This document shows, in pieces, positions 1 through 10,429 of a stretch of 64,000 nt of DNA. The position numbers were made by a program, and so were the translations under genes. The stretch's first letter is position 1. Each line of letters starts with the position of its first letter. Below the pieces are notes generated by a model, which saw only the letters and a list, made by a program, of their open reading frames with translations, had not been told where the DNA came from and ran no database searches. This DNA is from Eledone cirrhosa (taxonomy: Eukaryota): assembly GCA_964016885.1 (NCBI GenBank), contig OZ024743.1, forward strand, positions 127,472,001 through 127,536,000. The letters are read 5' to 3'.

Positions 1-87
1 GTAAGGAACCAGATGGACCATAACGCACCAGAGTACTCAATACTTAGGATAGTAGTGTGGGTAATAGGAAAATGTGTTACTCCGACG

Positions 88-447
88 GGGAGGTCACAGA
101 TTGGTGTGACGGAAGAGCTTTGATGGAAGAATAAAGATAAAGTGAAAGTTATATGGTGCATGTGTTCAATTGTTGAAATGACAATCCCCAAATATAACAA
201 TATCGTTTTCAACACCCGATTTCAAATCAAGATCCTTGCTGAACAAATATATATATATATATATATATATAACATTGTTTTAAATTTATCATAGCTATGA
301 TTGGCTTTCTATTTGGGACAGACACCATGGCTTGAGGTGCACTATCCCATTCTTTTCTTTGTTTTCTTTCTTCCTTCTGTTTGTGCTGTGTTTTGTCACA
401 CACTCTTACCAGCAGAGGGATTTGTTTTTCTGTTGCACGATCCAGCT
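88..447. repeat. Interspersed repeat; inverted copy at ~7009-7362
   Basis: Reverse complement aligns with 7009-7362, e.g. GACACCATGGCTTGAGGTGCACTATCCCATTCT vs AGAATGGGATAGTGCACCTCAAGCCATGGTGTC. Confidence 0.85.
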
Positions 448-520
448 TGTCAGAGCTAGTGAAAATATATGCTATTTTCAAAAATATACACTTGCTCTGA
501 CAGTTTGGCAGGTGAACAGT

Positions 521-570
521 GAGCTGTACTGATGAAGGGTGTTACCCAGAAACATTAGTGTCTGCAGTTC
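521..570 (+). ncRNA. Type I hammerhead ribozyme motif, array copy 1
   Basis: Stem I GAGCUGUA/UGCAGUUC; CUGAUGA 529-535; stem II GGGU-GUU-ACCC; GAAA 549-552; stem III ACA-UUAG-UGU; GUC triplet 560-562. Stem I extends outward to CUUGCUCU(491)/AGAGCAAG(596). Confidence 0.85.
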
Positions 571-956
571 TGTTCGCATGCCAACACAAGAGCAAGAATG
601 AAGTGTTCATTCTACTGACATGGCTATAAAATTGAGGCTTGTTTGCATACTTGCAAACGAATCGAATATTATTATTAATATTCGCAAAACTCATTACATT
701 TATTGTAATCAGCCATGTAGAGCGAAATTTTCTTTTTTATTTGAATTTGGTAAAGCCGGCCATCTATCACTCATATACAGGAAACTCACTGGCCAGTTTG
801 CTGATATGCAAATGTGGCTGATCAGTGGATCTGCTAATATGCAGATCTGACTGATCAGCCAGTCTGCTAATATGCAAATCAGGCTGATCAGTCACTGTGT
901 ATTTTTGAAAATAGCATATATTTTCACTAGCTCTGACAGTTTGGCAGGTGAACAGT

Positions 957-1006
957 GAGCTGTACTGATGAAGGGTGATATCCAGAAACATTAGTGTCTG
1001 CAGTTC
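957..1006 (+). ncRNA. Type I hammerhead ribozyme motif, array copy 2
   Basis: CUGAUGA 965-971; stem II GGGU/AUCC (G-U tolerated); GAAA 985-988; GUC 996-998; stem I intact. Confidence 0.8.
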
Positions 1007-1122
1007 TGTTCGCATGCCAACACAAGAGCAAGAATGAAGTGTTCATTCTACTGACATGGCTATAAAATTGAGGCTTGTTTGCATAATTGCAAACTAATCG
1101 AATGTTATTATTAATATTCTTG

Positions 1123-1215
1123 ACTTTGCCTTTCATCCTTACGGAGTCGATAAAATAAAGTACCAGTAATGAACTGGGTAATTGCTGGCCTTGTGCCTAA
1201 AGTAGAAACAATTAT
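1123..1215 (+). mobile_element. 5'-truncated SINE family B inserted in an array monomer
   Basis: ACTTTGCCTTTCATCCTTACGGAGTCGATAAAATAAAGTACCAG...GCTGGCCTTGTGCC...AGAAACAATTATT is shared with many other copies in the window. Confidence 0.8.
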
Positions 1216-1239
1216 TAATATTCAAAAAACTCAGATTAC

Positions 1240-1276
<37 letters not shown>

Positions 1277-1280
1277 GTGA

Positions 1281-1395
1281 AGGCGTGTGGCTGAGTGGTT
1301 AGAGAATTGGATTCACAATCTTGAGGTTGTGAGCTCGATTCCTGGAGCAGGCGATGCGTTATGTCCTTGAGCAAGACACTTTATTTCACGTTGCC
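1281..1395 (+). mobile_element. tRNA-derived SINE family A, 5' part
   Basis: A-box-like TGGCTGAGTGG, B-box-like GAGCTCGATTCC, then CORE-like GTCCTTGAGCAAGACACTTT. Homologous to the start of 18607-18990. Confidence 0.75.
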
Positions 1396-1920
1396 CCTTC
1401 TACCTGGAGTTGCGACCGATAGTACTAGCAACTGGAATGACCAACGGAAACATTGTTTCCTCAGTCCGATTTGACGAAAGTCGATCGATCAAAAAATATA
1501 TGTATATATATAAATGAAAAAAAATTAAAAAAAATTTTTATTTTATTTTCACAAGAGCAAGAATGAGGGGCTCATTCTACTGACATGGCTTTAAAAATGA
1601 GGCTTGTTTGCATAATTGCAAACGAATCGAATGTTATTATTAATATTCGCAAAACTCATTACATTTATTGTATTTAGCCATGTAGAGCAAAATTTTTTTT
1701 TTTTTTTAATGTGGCAAAGCCGGCCATTGATCGCTCGTTTGCAAGAAACTGACTGGCCAGTCTGCTGATATGCAAATTTGGCTGATCAATGGATCTGCTA
1801 ATATATAGATCTGACTGATCAGCCAGTCTGCTAATATGCAAATCAGGCTGATCAGTCACTGTATATTTTAGAAAATATCATATATTTTCTCTAGCTCTGA
1901 CAGTTTGGCAAGTGAACAGT

Positions 1921-1970
1921 GAGCTGTACTGATGAAGGGTAATACCCAGAAACATTAGTATCTGCAGTTC
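1921..1970 (+). ncRNA. Type I hammerhead ribozyme motif, array copy 3 (stem III mismatch, AUC triplet)
   Basis: CUGAUGA 1929-1935 and GAAA 1949-1952 are intact. G>A at 1960 breaks the C-G pair of stem III. Confidence 0.7.
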
Positions 1971-2271
1971 TGTTTACATGCCAACACAAGAGCAAGAATG
2001 AGGGGCTCATTCTACTGATATTGCTTTAAAGATGAGGCTTGTTTGCATAATTGCAAACGAATCGAATATTATTATTAATATTCGAAAAACTCAGATTAAA
2101 TTTATTGTATATATATAAATGAAAAATTATTTATTGTATATATATAAATGAAAAAAAATTTTTTTTTTTAATTTTCACAAAAGCAAGAATGAGGGGCCCA
2201 TTCTACTGACATGGCTTTAAAAATAAGGCTTGTTTGTATAGCAAACAAATCGAATATTATTATTAATATTT

Positions 2272-2462
2272 AGGGCGGTGAATTGGCAGTATCGGTAGAG
2301 GGTTGGATCATGCTTTCCAGCATAGTTACGTCCCTTTACGATCTGAGTTCAATTCTCGCCGGGGTTAACTTTGCCTTTCATCCTTACGGGGTCGATAAAA
2401 TATAGTACCAGTAATGTACTGGAATAATTGCTGGCCTTGTGCCAAAAAGTAAAAACAATTAT
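2272..2462 (+). mobile_element. Full-length tRNA-derived SINE family B with ATTATTAATATT target duplication
   Basis: GGCGGTGAATTGGCAGTATCGGTAGAG head, GAGTTCAATTC B-box, central TTGCCTTTCATCCTTACGGGGTCGATAAAAT. Further copies at ~29962-30123(-), 33018-33115(-), 39910-40065(+), 46955-47150(-), 47430-47510(+) and 62065-62150(-). Confidence 0.8.
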
Positions 2463-2742
2463 TAATATTCGAAAAACTCAGATTACATTTATTGTATTTA
2501 GCCATGTAGAGCAAATTTTTTTTTTTTTTCTTTATGTGGCAAAGCCACATTGATTGCTCTTATACAGGAAACTGACTGGCCTGTCTGCTGATATACAAAT
2601 TTGGCTGATCAGTGGATCTGCTAATATGCAGATCTGATTGATCAGCCAATCTGCCAATATACAAATCAGGCCGATCAGCCACTGTATATTTTAGAAACTA
2701 TCATTTATTTTCACTAACTCTGACAGTTGGCAGGTGAACAGT

Positions 2743-2792
2743 GAACTGTACTGATGAAGGGTAATACCCAGAAACATTAGTGTCTGCAGATC
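2743..2792 (+). ncRNA. Type I hammerhead ribozyme motif, array copy 4
   Basis: CUGAUGA 2751-2757; GGGU-AAU-ACCC; GAAA 2771-2774; GUC 2782-2784; one A-A mismatch in stem I. Confidence 0.78.
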
Positions 2793-3939
2793 TGTTTACA
2801 TGCCAACAGAAGAGCAAGAATGAGGGGCTCATTCTACTGACATGACTTTACAAATGAGGCTTGTTTGCATAATTGCAAACGAATCGAATCCCCACTTTAT
2901 ACCCAAACGGATAGTACGAACTATACGCGGATATTTTACGTCTTGATGTGGTAGCTAAGTATATGTTATGTTTATACCATTACTTATTTGAATAGGTAAG
3001 TATATATTATGTATGTTTTGTGAAGGTACGTATACTTTCTTGTATGTATATTTGCTTGTATTTGTTATGGCGTATATATTATATATACTGGTACATGTGC
3101 ATTTGGTTATGTGTATACGCGAGTTTTGCGTCTGTGTGAGTATGCGGGTTCGTACGTATGTAGGGTGTGTGTATATGTGTACTTTGTGTTTTGGTTGACG
3201 TGCGTCTGCGTACTTATGTGTATTTACATGTAGGTATGTGTGTGCGCGCGTTATATACGTATTTATGTGTGTTTAATTATATGTATACACGCGCACTCAC
3301 ACACATATATATATATATATATATTTTTATATATATTTTTTTGTGTATTTGGTGTATACGTTCGTATGTGATGGGTACAGGTGTTGCGTGGGTTCTGTAT
3401 GTGCGTGCGTGTTTTTTTCGTGTACGTACTTGTATTTGCATACCCATGGCGAGTGTTTTCGCGTATGCTTGTGTATGTACATATATGGATGCGTGTATGT
3501 ATATATATAATTTCAATTACCTCTGTATTTTATTTACTTTATTCTTAACTCTGAAGCCGAGAATCATTCGGTTTCCTAGTTAGAATTTTGTCTAGGACTT
3601 CAGTTATACCATTTATGTGGTTTTGTCTTTCCGTGTAATTGTTCTCACCGCTCCACTTAATGACATATTATCTTCGTTTTTTCCGTTCATTGCCTGAGAA
3701 CGTCTCCATGAACCACCTAATAGAATATTAGTCTACAACTTCATTTATACCATAAACGTGGTTTTGTCTTTGCGTGTAATTGTTTTCATTGACGTATTAT
3801 CTTCGTTTTTTTTTTCGTTCATTGCCAGGGAACGTTTCCACGAACCAAAGTATCGTCTTCCTGTCTTCCTTCGGTTGCAACGTTTTTTGAAATATTTACT
3901 TCTTCGTTCACAGATTAACATATTTAGTTTCAGAAGATC

Positions 3940-4190
3940 CCTTCCTAACACCAACCTCATTTACAGTGAGTGCTGGGTGCTTATTTTGCCGTGGCACCTC
4001 CACAACCACTTTACAGTGGAATGATATGGACCCCAGTCCCTATCATCTCATTTCTACAGCTGAGTAAACTGGAGCAATGTGAAATAAAGTGTCTTGCTCA
4101 AGGAAACAACACATCACCCGGTCTGAGAATTGAACTCACAATCTTTCGATTGCAAAGCCAATGCTCTAACCACTAAGCCATATGCCTCCA
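3940..4190 (-). mobile_element. tRNA-derived SINE family A
   Basis: Reverse complement of the 18607-18850 SINE (GCTCTAACCACTAAGCCA, GTGTCTTGCTCAAGG). Confidence 0.8.
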
Positions 4191-4194
4191 TATA

Positions 4195-4828
4195 TATCAT
4201 CATCATCATCGTTTAACGTCCATATTCCACGCTTGCATGGGTTTGGACGGGAGTTTTTCCACTTGAGGCAAGAGTGGTTGTGTTGCTCGCATAAGACTGT
4301 CTGGCGGGTTTTCTATGGCTGTATGCCCTTCCTAACACCAACCACATTTACAGTGTGGAACTGGGAGGTTTTAACCATGTTACCTACACGGCCACATTAC
4401 AGCGTGGACTGTGTTTTTTTGTCGTGACACCTACACGACCTCATTTGTTTCGGGCTGGATGTTATGGTACCAACATAACTTTACATTGAAAGGGGTGGTG
4501 TGGATGGGGTGGGGGTAGTGGACGGGGGTGTATTTTCTTAGAGGTGCCTACTGACTGTAGTAGGTTTCACTTTGTACTTAGGTAAGGCGGGTCTTCTCTA
4601 TTACTGTGTAGCGCCACAGATCTCGGTCCAGTGACATTGTCTTGGAGAGGTGTAAGTTTGTGAGGTCGGAATTTATCAAGTCGTCCCAGGTTTTTCTGGG
4701 TCTGCCTACTCCGTGGCTACCGTCTATTTTTATTGCCCTGCACTTTTTTATACAGCTGTCGTCTTTCATGCGCATCACGTGACCATACCAACGTAGTCTT
4801 CTCTCGTGTAAACAACATCGGATCCCTC
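4195..4828 (-). mobile_element. RTE LINE 3' end (ORF C-terminus, 3' UTR and (GAT)n tail)
   Basis: ORF 4578-4778 (RMKDDSCIKKCRAIKIDGSHGVGRPRKTWDD) is nearly identical to the end of the RTE at 53221-53619. Confidence 0.9.
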
Positions 4829-4991
4829 TTATTTATATATATAATAAGGAGTTGACGGACCCAGCATATTTATCAATGCCAGGACCGGTTGTATCTTAGC
4901 GTACTCAGTAGGTAATATAGGATACATTCCCAGAGTATACACATAGTTATTCGCTTCAATACAACACATGTAAAACGGGTGCCTATAATAG

Positions 4992-5106
4992 TTCCCAAAC
5001 TTGAGTTTCGGCCACACTTAATGCAACAGTAGGGTGTACTGCACCCTCTGTCCGCATATGTTATACAATAATGCATAATCGGTGTATGTGGCTTCATCAG
5101 CGGGTA
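4992..5106 (-). ncRNA. Minimal type I hammerhead motif with long stem II (Penelope-type), copy A
   Basis: Minus strand: CCCG-CUGAUGA-AGCCACAU...GUGUGGCC-GAAAC-UCAA-GUU-UGGG. Homologous copies at 14962-15073 and 21303-21414. Confidence 0.65.
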
Positions 5107-5574
5107 TCGCCTAATCAATAACCAATAGATAGAATCCAAACCCCAGCCCATGCTGTCTATGACTGTTTGTGACGGCCGACAAAGTAAAGTGATTAGCAAC
5201 TGGAATCCGATACAATTCTGTCTCTCAACCAGCCACCGATTAACAAACTTTACATGGTGGTGGGAGATTAGAAAACAAATCTTTTCATTCCCGTCTAAAG
5301 CTCTCAGCTAACGTGTCTCAAACACAAATTAATAAGATAGGGAAAAGATGGTTATTAGAAATAGCAGTCCCACATTGATGTATAATAGAATGGTAAGCAT
5401 TCAGCTCATGTCTAGAGGAAAGCGATAGTAACAATGGTAGTGCGAAGAACCTTTAACGGACATTAAATGCCAGTATCTATTATACAACGATATATAGTAT
5501 CGAGCTGGATTGCGGCAGCCACGTGCATAAACCAGTCTATTTCACAACATAAAAGAGTGAGAGATAATATATAT

Positions 5575-6168
5575 ATATTAAGACAGGGGGGAAGAAAAAA
5601 TGGCTTCACTTGTGCTTTCAACAAATTTATTTTCTTCACAAAATCCAAAAAGAATTTTTTTTCCGGATTATAAAAAATGTTTTCATTAAAAAAAAAAAAA
5701 AAAATTATTTTATAAATTAAGTTGTTGGTTGTTGGTTAGGAGTTCTTGGTTAACGTAGGAGGTATTGTTTCGTTTTTAGAACGACCTTTCACGCTTGACA
5801 AGCGCACCTCAGCGTGAAAGGTCGTTAACCAAGAACTCACAACCAACAACTTAATTTATAAAATAATTTTTTTTTTTTTTTTTTTAATAAAAATTTTTTT
5901 AATAAAAGTTCTTGGTTAACTTCCTTCATGCTGAGGTGCGCTTGTCAAGCGTGAAAGGTCGTTCTAAAAACGAAACAATACCTCCTACGTTAACCAAGAA
6001 CTCCTAACCAACAACCAACAACTTAATTTATAAAATAATTTTTTTTTTTTTTTTTTAAGAAAAAATTTTTTATAATCCGGAAAAAAAATTCTTTTGGGAT
6101 TTTGTGAAGAAAATAAATTTGTTGAAAGCACAAGTGAAGCCATTTTTTCTTCCCCCCTGTCTTAATAT
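5575..6168. repeat. Long inverted repeat (arms ~5575-5815 and ~5927-6168) with nested hairpins
   Basis: TTAAGACAGGGGGGAAGAAAAAATGGCTTCACTTGTGC is matched by GCACAAGTGAAGCCATTTTTTCTTCCCCCCTGTCTTAA. The spacer consists of re-copied pieces of the arms. Confidence 0.9.
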
Positions 6169-6198
6169 ACCTAACTGTACCAAGGATTACACGCATAT

Positions 6199-6254
<56 letters not shown>

Positions 6255-6481
6255 AAATGTGTAACCCCGACGGCAGAGCTCAAGCCGTTTCGACGGCTAT
6301 TTCTGGACTGAATGCATTCACATTTCAGAACTCCAGGGGGGCGTTTGGAGCTGGGGGACATTAAATGCCAGTATCTATTATACAGCGATATATAGAATCG
6401 AGCTGGATTGCGGCAGCCACGTGCATAAACCAGTCTATTTCACAACATAAAAGAGTGAGAGATAATATATATATATATATA

Positions 6482-6525
<44 letters not shown>

Positions 6526-7909
6526 AATTGTGTATCCCCGACGGCAGAGCTCAAGCCGGTTCGACGGCTATTTCTGGACTGAATTAGAATTTTTAGCGTG
6601 GTAATAAATAACTGAATTTTTCAAGGGGTAATTCCTTATATGGGAAGATTGTAGTTGTCAAAAGGATTGGTCAAAATTTCTTGTAAACACAGTTAAATCT
6701 TTCATGGCGGTGGGTGGGAAGTGGGGGTGGCTTGACTTTCCATTAGAAAAATGAGGGACTGGGTGGAGCCAGTCAACCGCCATGATAGGACAGAGACCAG
6801 CAGCCAATGGTCTACGAGGTGGCCGACAAAGGGATGAAACATAGAAAGGATTGAAAGAGGAGGAGGACAACGAGAAGTGTGACTAGAAGAAGAAAGAAGA
6901 AAAAAGGCAATGTACAAGACAAGTTTACACACACACATCTTCATCCTCATCAGCTCTCAAACCAATAAAATGGTTTCGCACGATTTAATTGAGAGCACAA
7001 TTTTAAAAAGCTGGATCGTGCAACAGAAAAACAAATCTTTGGTATGATGAGTGTATGACAAAACACAGCACAAACAGAAGGATGAAAGAAAACAAAGAAA
7101 AGAATGGGATAGTGCACCTCAAGCCATGGTGTCTGTCCCAAGTAGAAAGCCAATCATAGCTATGATAAAGTTAAAACAATGTTTTTTTATATATATATAT
7201 ACATTTGTTCAGCAAGAATCTTGATTTGAAATAGTGTGTTGAAAACGATATTGTTATATTTGGGGATTGTCATTTCACCAATTGAACACATGCACCATAT
7301 AACTTTCACTTTATCTTTATTCTTCCATCAAAGCTCTTCCATTACACCAATCTGTGACCTCCTCAATGACTATCGATTTTTTTATGCCTCTTCTTTTTCT
7401 GGTCTTACATTTCTATTTTATTTTGTCATTATGCTGTTATTTAGTTTTGTGGAGCGTTTTTCATGTTTCATGTTTGTGCATGCATTTGCATCTGCACTTT
7501 CGTAGGTGTGTGTGTATGTGTTTTTGTGTTTGTCATATCTATGTGTGTTTTCATTGGGAGGTTTTATCGTTAGTTGTTTTGTTGTTTGTGTCTTTTTTCT
7601 TTTCTTATTCTGTCTTCAGTCATTCAGTTGTTGGCCATTACTATTCCACTTGTGTTTTCTGTTTAGACTGGGTCTATTTTCTATTATGGGGGTGGCCTCA
7701 GTAATTTGTCTGAGTATTGCATCATTTCTATGTGTAGATAGGATCTTTATTTCTATCTTATCTATTGAACCCCCATGTTCTAATTTGACATGTTGGTATA
7801 GTACTGATGTGCTTTTCTCCTTAAGTTATCACCAGTGTTACTTTACTCTCTCTTCTACGCTATGGACTGTTTTTCCTATGTAAATCATTTTCTGTTTTTT
7901 TTTTGCATC

Positions 7910-7940
<31 letters not shown>

Positions 7941-7949
7941 GATATTATT

Positions 7950-8490
7950 CTATGAGCCCCACAAAACCACAAGCTCACGAGGAGAAAGAAAAATTCCTCA
8001 ACACTCATATGAGGATGTGGTCTGATATACTAGAACCAAGGAAATGCAAAACCAACAATTTCCAATCCCCTAATAATGACATCCCAGTGCTGTATGAACT
8101 CTGCAAGGATCACAAGACAAACACCGATCCTTTGAGAGGAGCACCACCAAGACTCATCTGCAGAGCAAACATTGCCAGCATCTACAGTATTTCCTACTTC
8201 CTCTCTATAATCATACGCCTCATAATAAAAATATCCACAAAGGGCCTCAGAAGAAGAATCAACACATGCAACCGCACCCTCGACCTGAAAAACTGCATAA
8301 TAGACAGCATGGATATGGTATCCTTCTTCTTCTTCACCCACTTATTCTGAGAGGGTTGTAAGGGCAGAGTTATCAAACACTCCTTCCAGCAAGTCCTGTT
8401 AAAAGCATCCATCTCCGACTGATCCAGCTAGATCCCTAAGCCAAATCAGCCAAGCTTATCAACGTTTGACAAAATGACCACTCCAAATAT
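7950..8490 (+). mobile_element. Degenerate Penelope-like reverse transcriptase fragment
   Basis: IPVLYELCKDHK...GAPPRLIC...SISYFLS...SMDMVS resembles Penelope RT motifs (PxLYGLxKxHK, RPI, SxDVxSL). Confidence 0.6.
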
Positions 8491-8519
8491 ATCAATATCA
8501 ATATATATATATATATATA

Positions 8520-9115
8520 TAATGAATTGAGAGAGAGACTGAGCATAAGAGGAATCAAATGCTGTGTGCAGGAGAGGCGGTTGCGTTGGTATGGACATGT
8601 GATGCGTATGAAGGATGACAGCTGCATAAAAAGGTGCAGAGCACTAGAAGTCAATGGAAACCGCAGAGTGAGGAGACCCAAGAAGACCTGGGATGAGGTG
8701 ATAAAAGCCGACCGTACCCAATTACACCTCTCAAAGGCGATGACACACGACCGTGACCTCTGGTGTCACGCAGTAATACAGAGTACCCGACCTCCCATGG
8801 GTACAAGCTGAAGCATATAGACAATATGCCCCCACACCCTCCCACTGCAAAGTGGTCGTGGAGGTGCCACGGCAAAAAAGTACCCAGCCCACACTGTAAA
8901 GTGGACGTGTAGGCGCCACGGAAAAAAGCACCCAGCACTCACTGTAAATGAGGTTGGTGTTAGGAAGGGCATCCAGCTGTAGAAATCAAGCCAAAATCAG
9001 TTCCTTTATGAGCAAGGCATGGTCAGCCAACCAGACACTGCCCACAAGAGGACAACCCGTCTAACCCATGCTAACATGGAAGAACGGACGTAAAACGGTG
9101 ATGATGATGATGATT
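8520..9115 (+). mobile_element. RTE LINE 3' end with UTR and (GAT)n tail
   Basis: ERRLRWYGHVMRMKDDSCIKRC...RPKKTWDEV, ending in CCCATGCTAACATGGAAGAACGGACGTAAAACGGTGATGATG. Confidence 0.9.
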
Positions 9116-9700
9116 TACTAGCAGATGTCAAAAATCAAATCTGTTTTTCTCTAGGGTGTATCATTTATGAAATCACACTACCAGAAAATGATTTGTGCAC
9201 CTCTGGCATTGTAACACTCTGCCACATACTATCTTACTCAATGATACCTGAAATGAATTCCCAAAATTTAGTAATGCAGTAGCAATAGTCAAACCAATTA
9301 ATTAAGGTTATCAATAAAATTAATACAACTAATATCAACCAATTAAAAAATCAAATCGATTAATAAAAAAAATATCAAAACATATTGATACATACCCAAA
9401 CCAACATTGGTTTCACCAATGCCAAACTGTTAGTATCAGTTATGTAAATAAGTGCATATTCCAAGTCAGTTGTATAGCAACTTGGAATTGGCTGAGTATC
9501 TTCAATGAGTTTGTCCAGAGAAAAATAGGATATTTTTTGGGATACCTGACATGCTGGCAGTAGCAAGCTTTGTTTTTATGTGCTTGCGAGTGGCTTAAAA
9601 ACAAATTGTGGTATGTCTGCTGTGTTGTCTAAAAAGAGGTCGGAAATTAACAGAGAGACACACACACACATATTAGTATTGGTGCTCTGAAATAGCGATG

Positions 9701-10217
9701 TATACATGAATGTATGTATAGTATATTTGGCAATATACTCTATGTTTAATTAAAAACATTTAGAAGACCATTCGCTATGAGTTTTATAGTAGTGACTATG
9801 TCACTTACTTATTTTCGGTAAAAACAACAGAGAATGGCCGACAGACAGTCTGTTTCTCGCTTGTGAGCGTTTATCAAGACCACACACTCAGTTGCCTTTG
9901 CCGAGAATTAAAGAGCGATTACTGTTCCGGCAAAAATTAGGTGCTCTGAATCGCTGTTTAATCAGCTCCTGATTGTTACTGGAAATCTATAAGAATCCAG
10001 CCTCTTTAATTCTCGGCAAAGGCAACTGAGTGTGTGGTCTTGATAAATGCTCACAAGCGAGAAACAGACTGTCTGTCGGCCACTCTCTGTTGTTTTTGCC
10101 GAGAATAAGTAAATGACATAGTCACTACTATAAAACTCATAGCAAATGGTCTTCTAAATGTTTTTAATTAAACACACAGTATATTGCCAAATATACTATA
10201 CATACATTCATATATAT
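9701..10217. repeat. Foldback/MITE-like inverted repeat (~215-bp arms, ~86-bp spacer)
   Basis: Arm 9701-9915 is the near-perfect reverse complement of 10002-10217 (CAGTTGCCTTTGCCGAGAATTAAAGAG / CTCTTTAATTCTCGGCAAAGGCAACTG). Confidence 0.9.
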
Positions 10218-10429
10218 ATATACACATATATTACTTGACTTATGGTGCTATGTTTTGTCAGATAAACAGTCATATATGCAGGTCTTTTGCGAACAAGTGC
10301 ACATGTATATATCTGTCCATGGTGCTTGCTATTTTCACCCTTCATCACTTTTGTTTTCCCTACCCTATAACCATACTAATAATTTTATCTTCATCTTTAT
10401 CCTTACCCTTACTCTATCTATTTATTTTA

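Larger units (their letters stand above)
494..2890 (+). mobile_element. Tandem array of ~436-bp hammerhead-containing monomers (non-LTR retrozyme-like), interrupted by SINEs and partial units
   Basis: The block CTCTGACAGTT(T)GGCARGTGAACAGTGARCTGTACTGATGAAGGGT recurs at ~495, ~931, ~1895 and ~2718. The first period is 436 bp. Partial units start at ~1550 and ~2177. Confidence 0.85.

Noticed and set aside
2990-3583. ORFs rich in YI/CV/TH (also 14976-17372, 21649-23721, 32371-36180)
   Set aside because: Translations of (TA)n/(TG)n/(CA)n microsatellites, not proteins.
5927-5965. CTGAGGT-GCGCTTGTCAAGCGT-GAAAGGTCGTT as a hammerhead
   Set aside because: The core is CUGAGGU rather than CUGANGA, and there is no convincing stem III or adjacent stem I.
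9395-9628. Possible minus-strand exon (acceptor CTCTTTTTAG, donor GTATGT)
   Set aside because: All three frames contain stops between the splice-like sites, and no recognisable protein is encoded.
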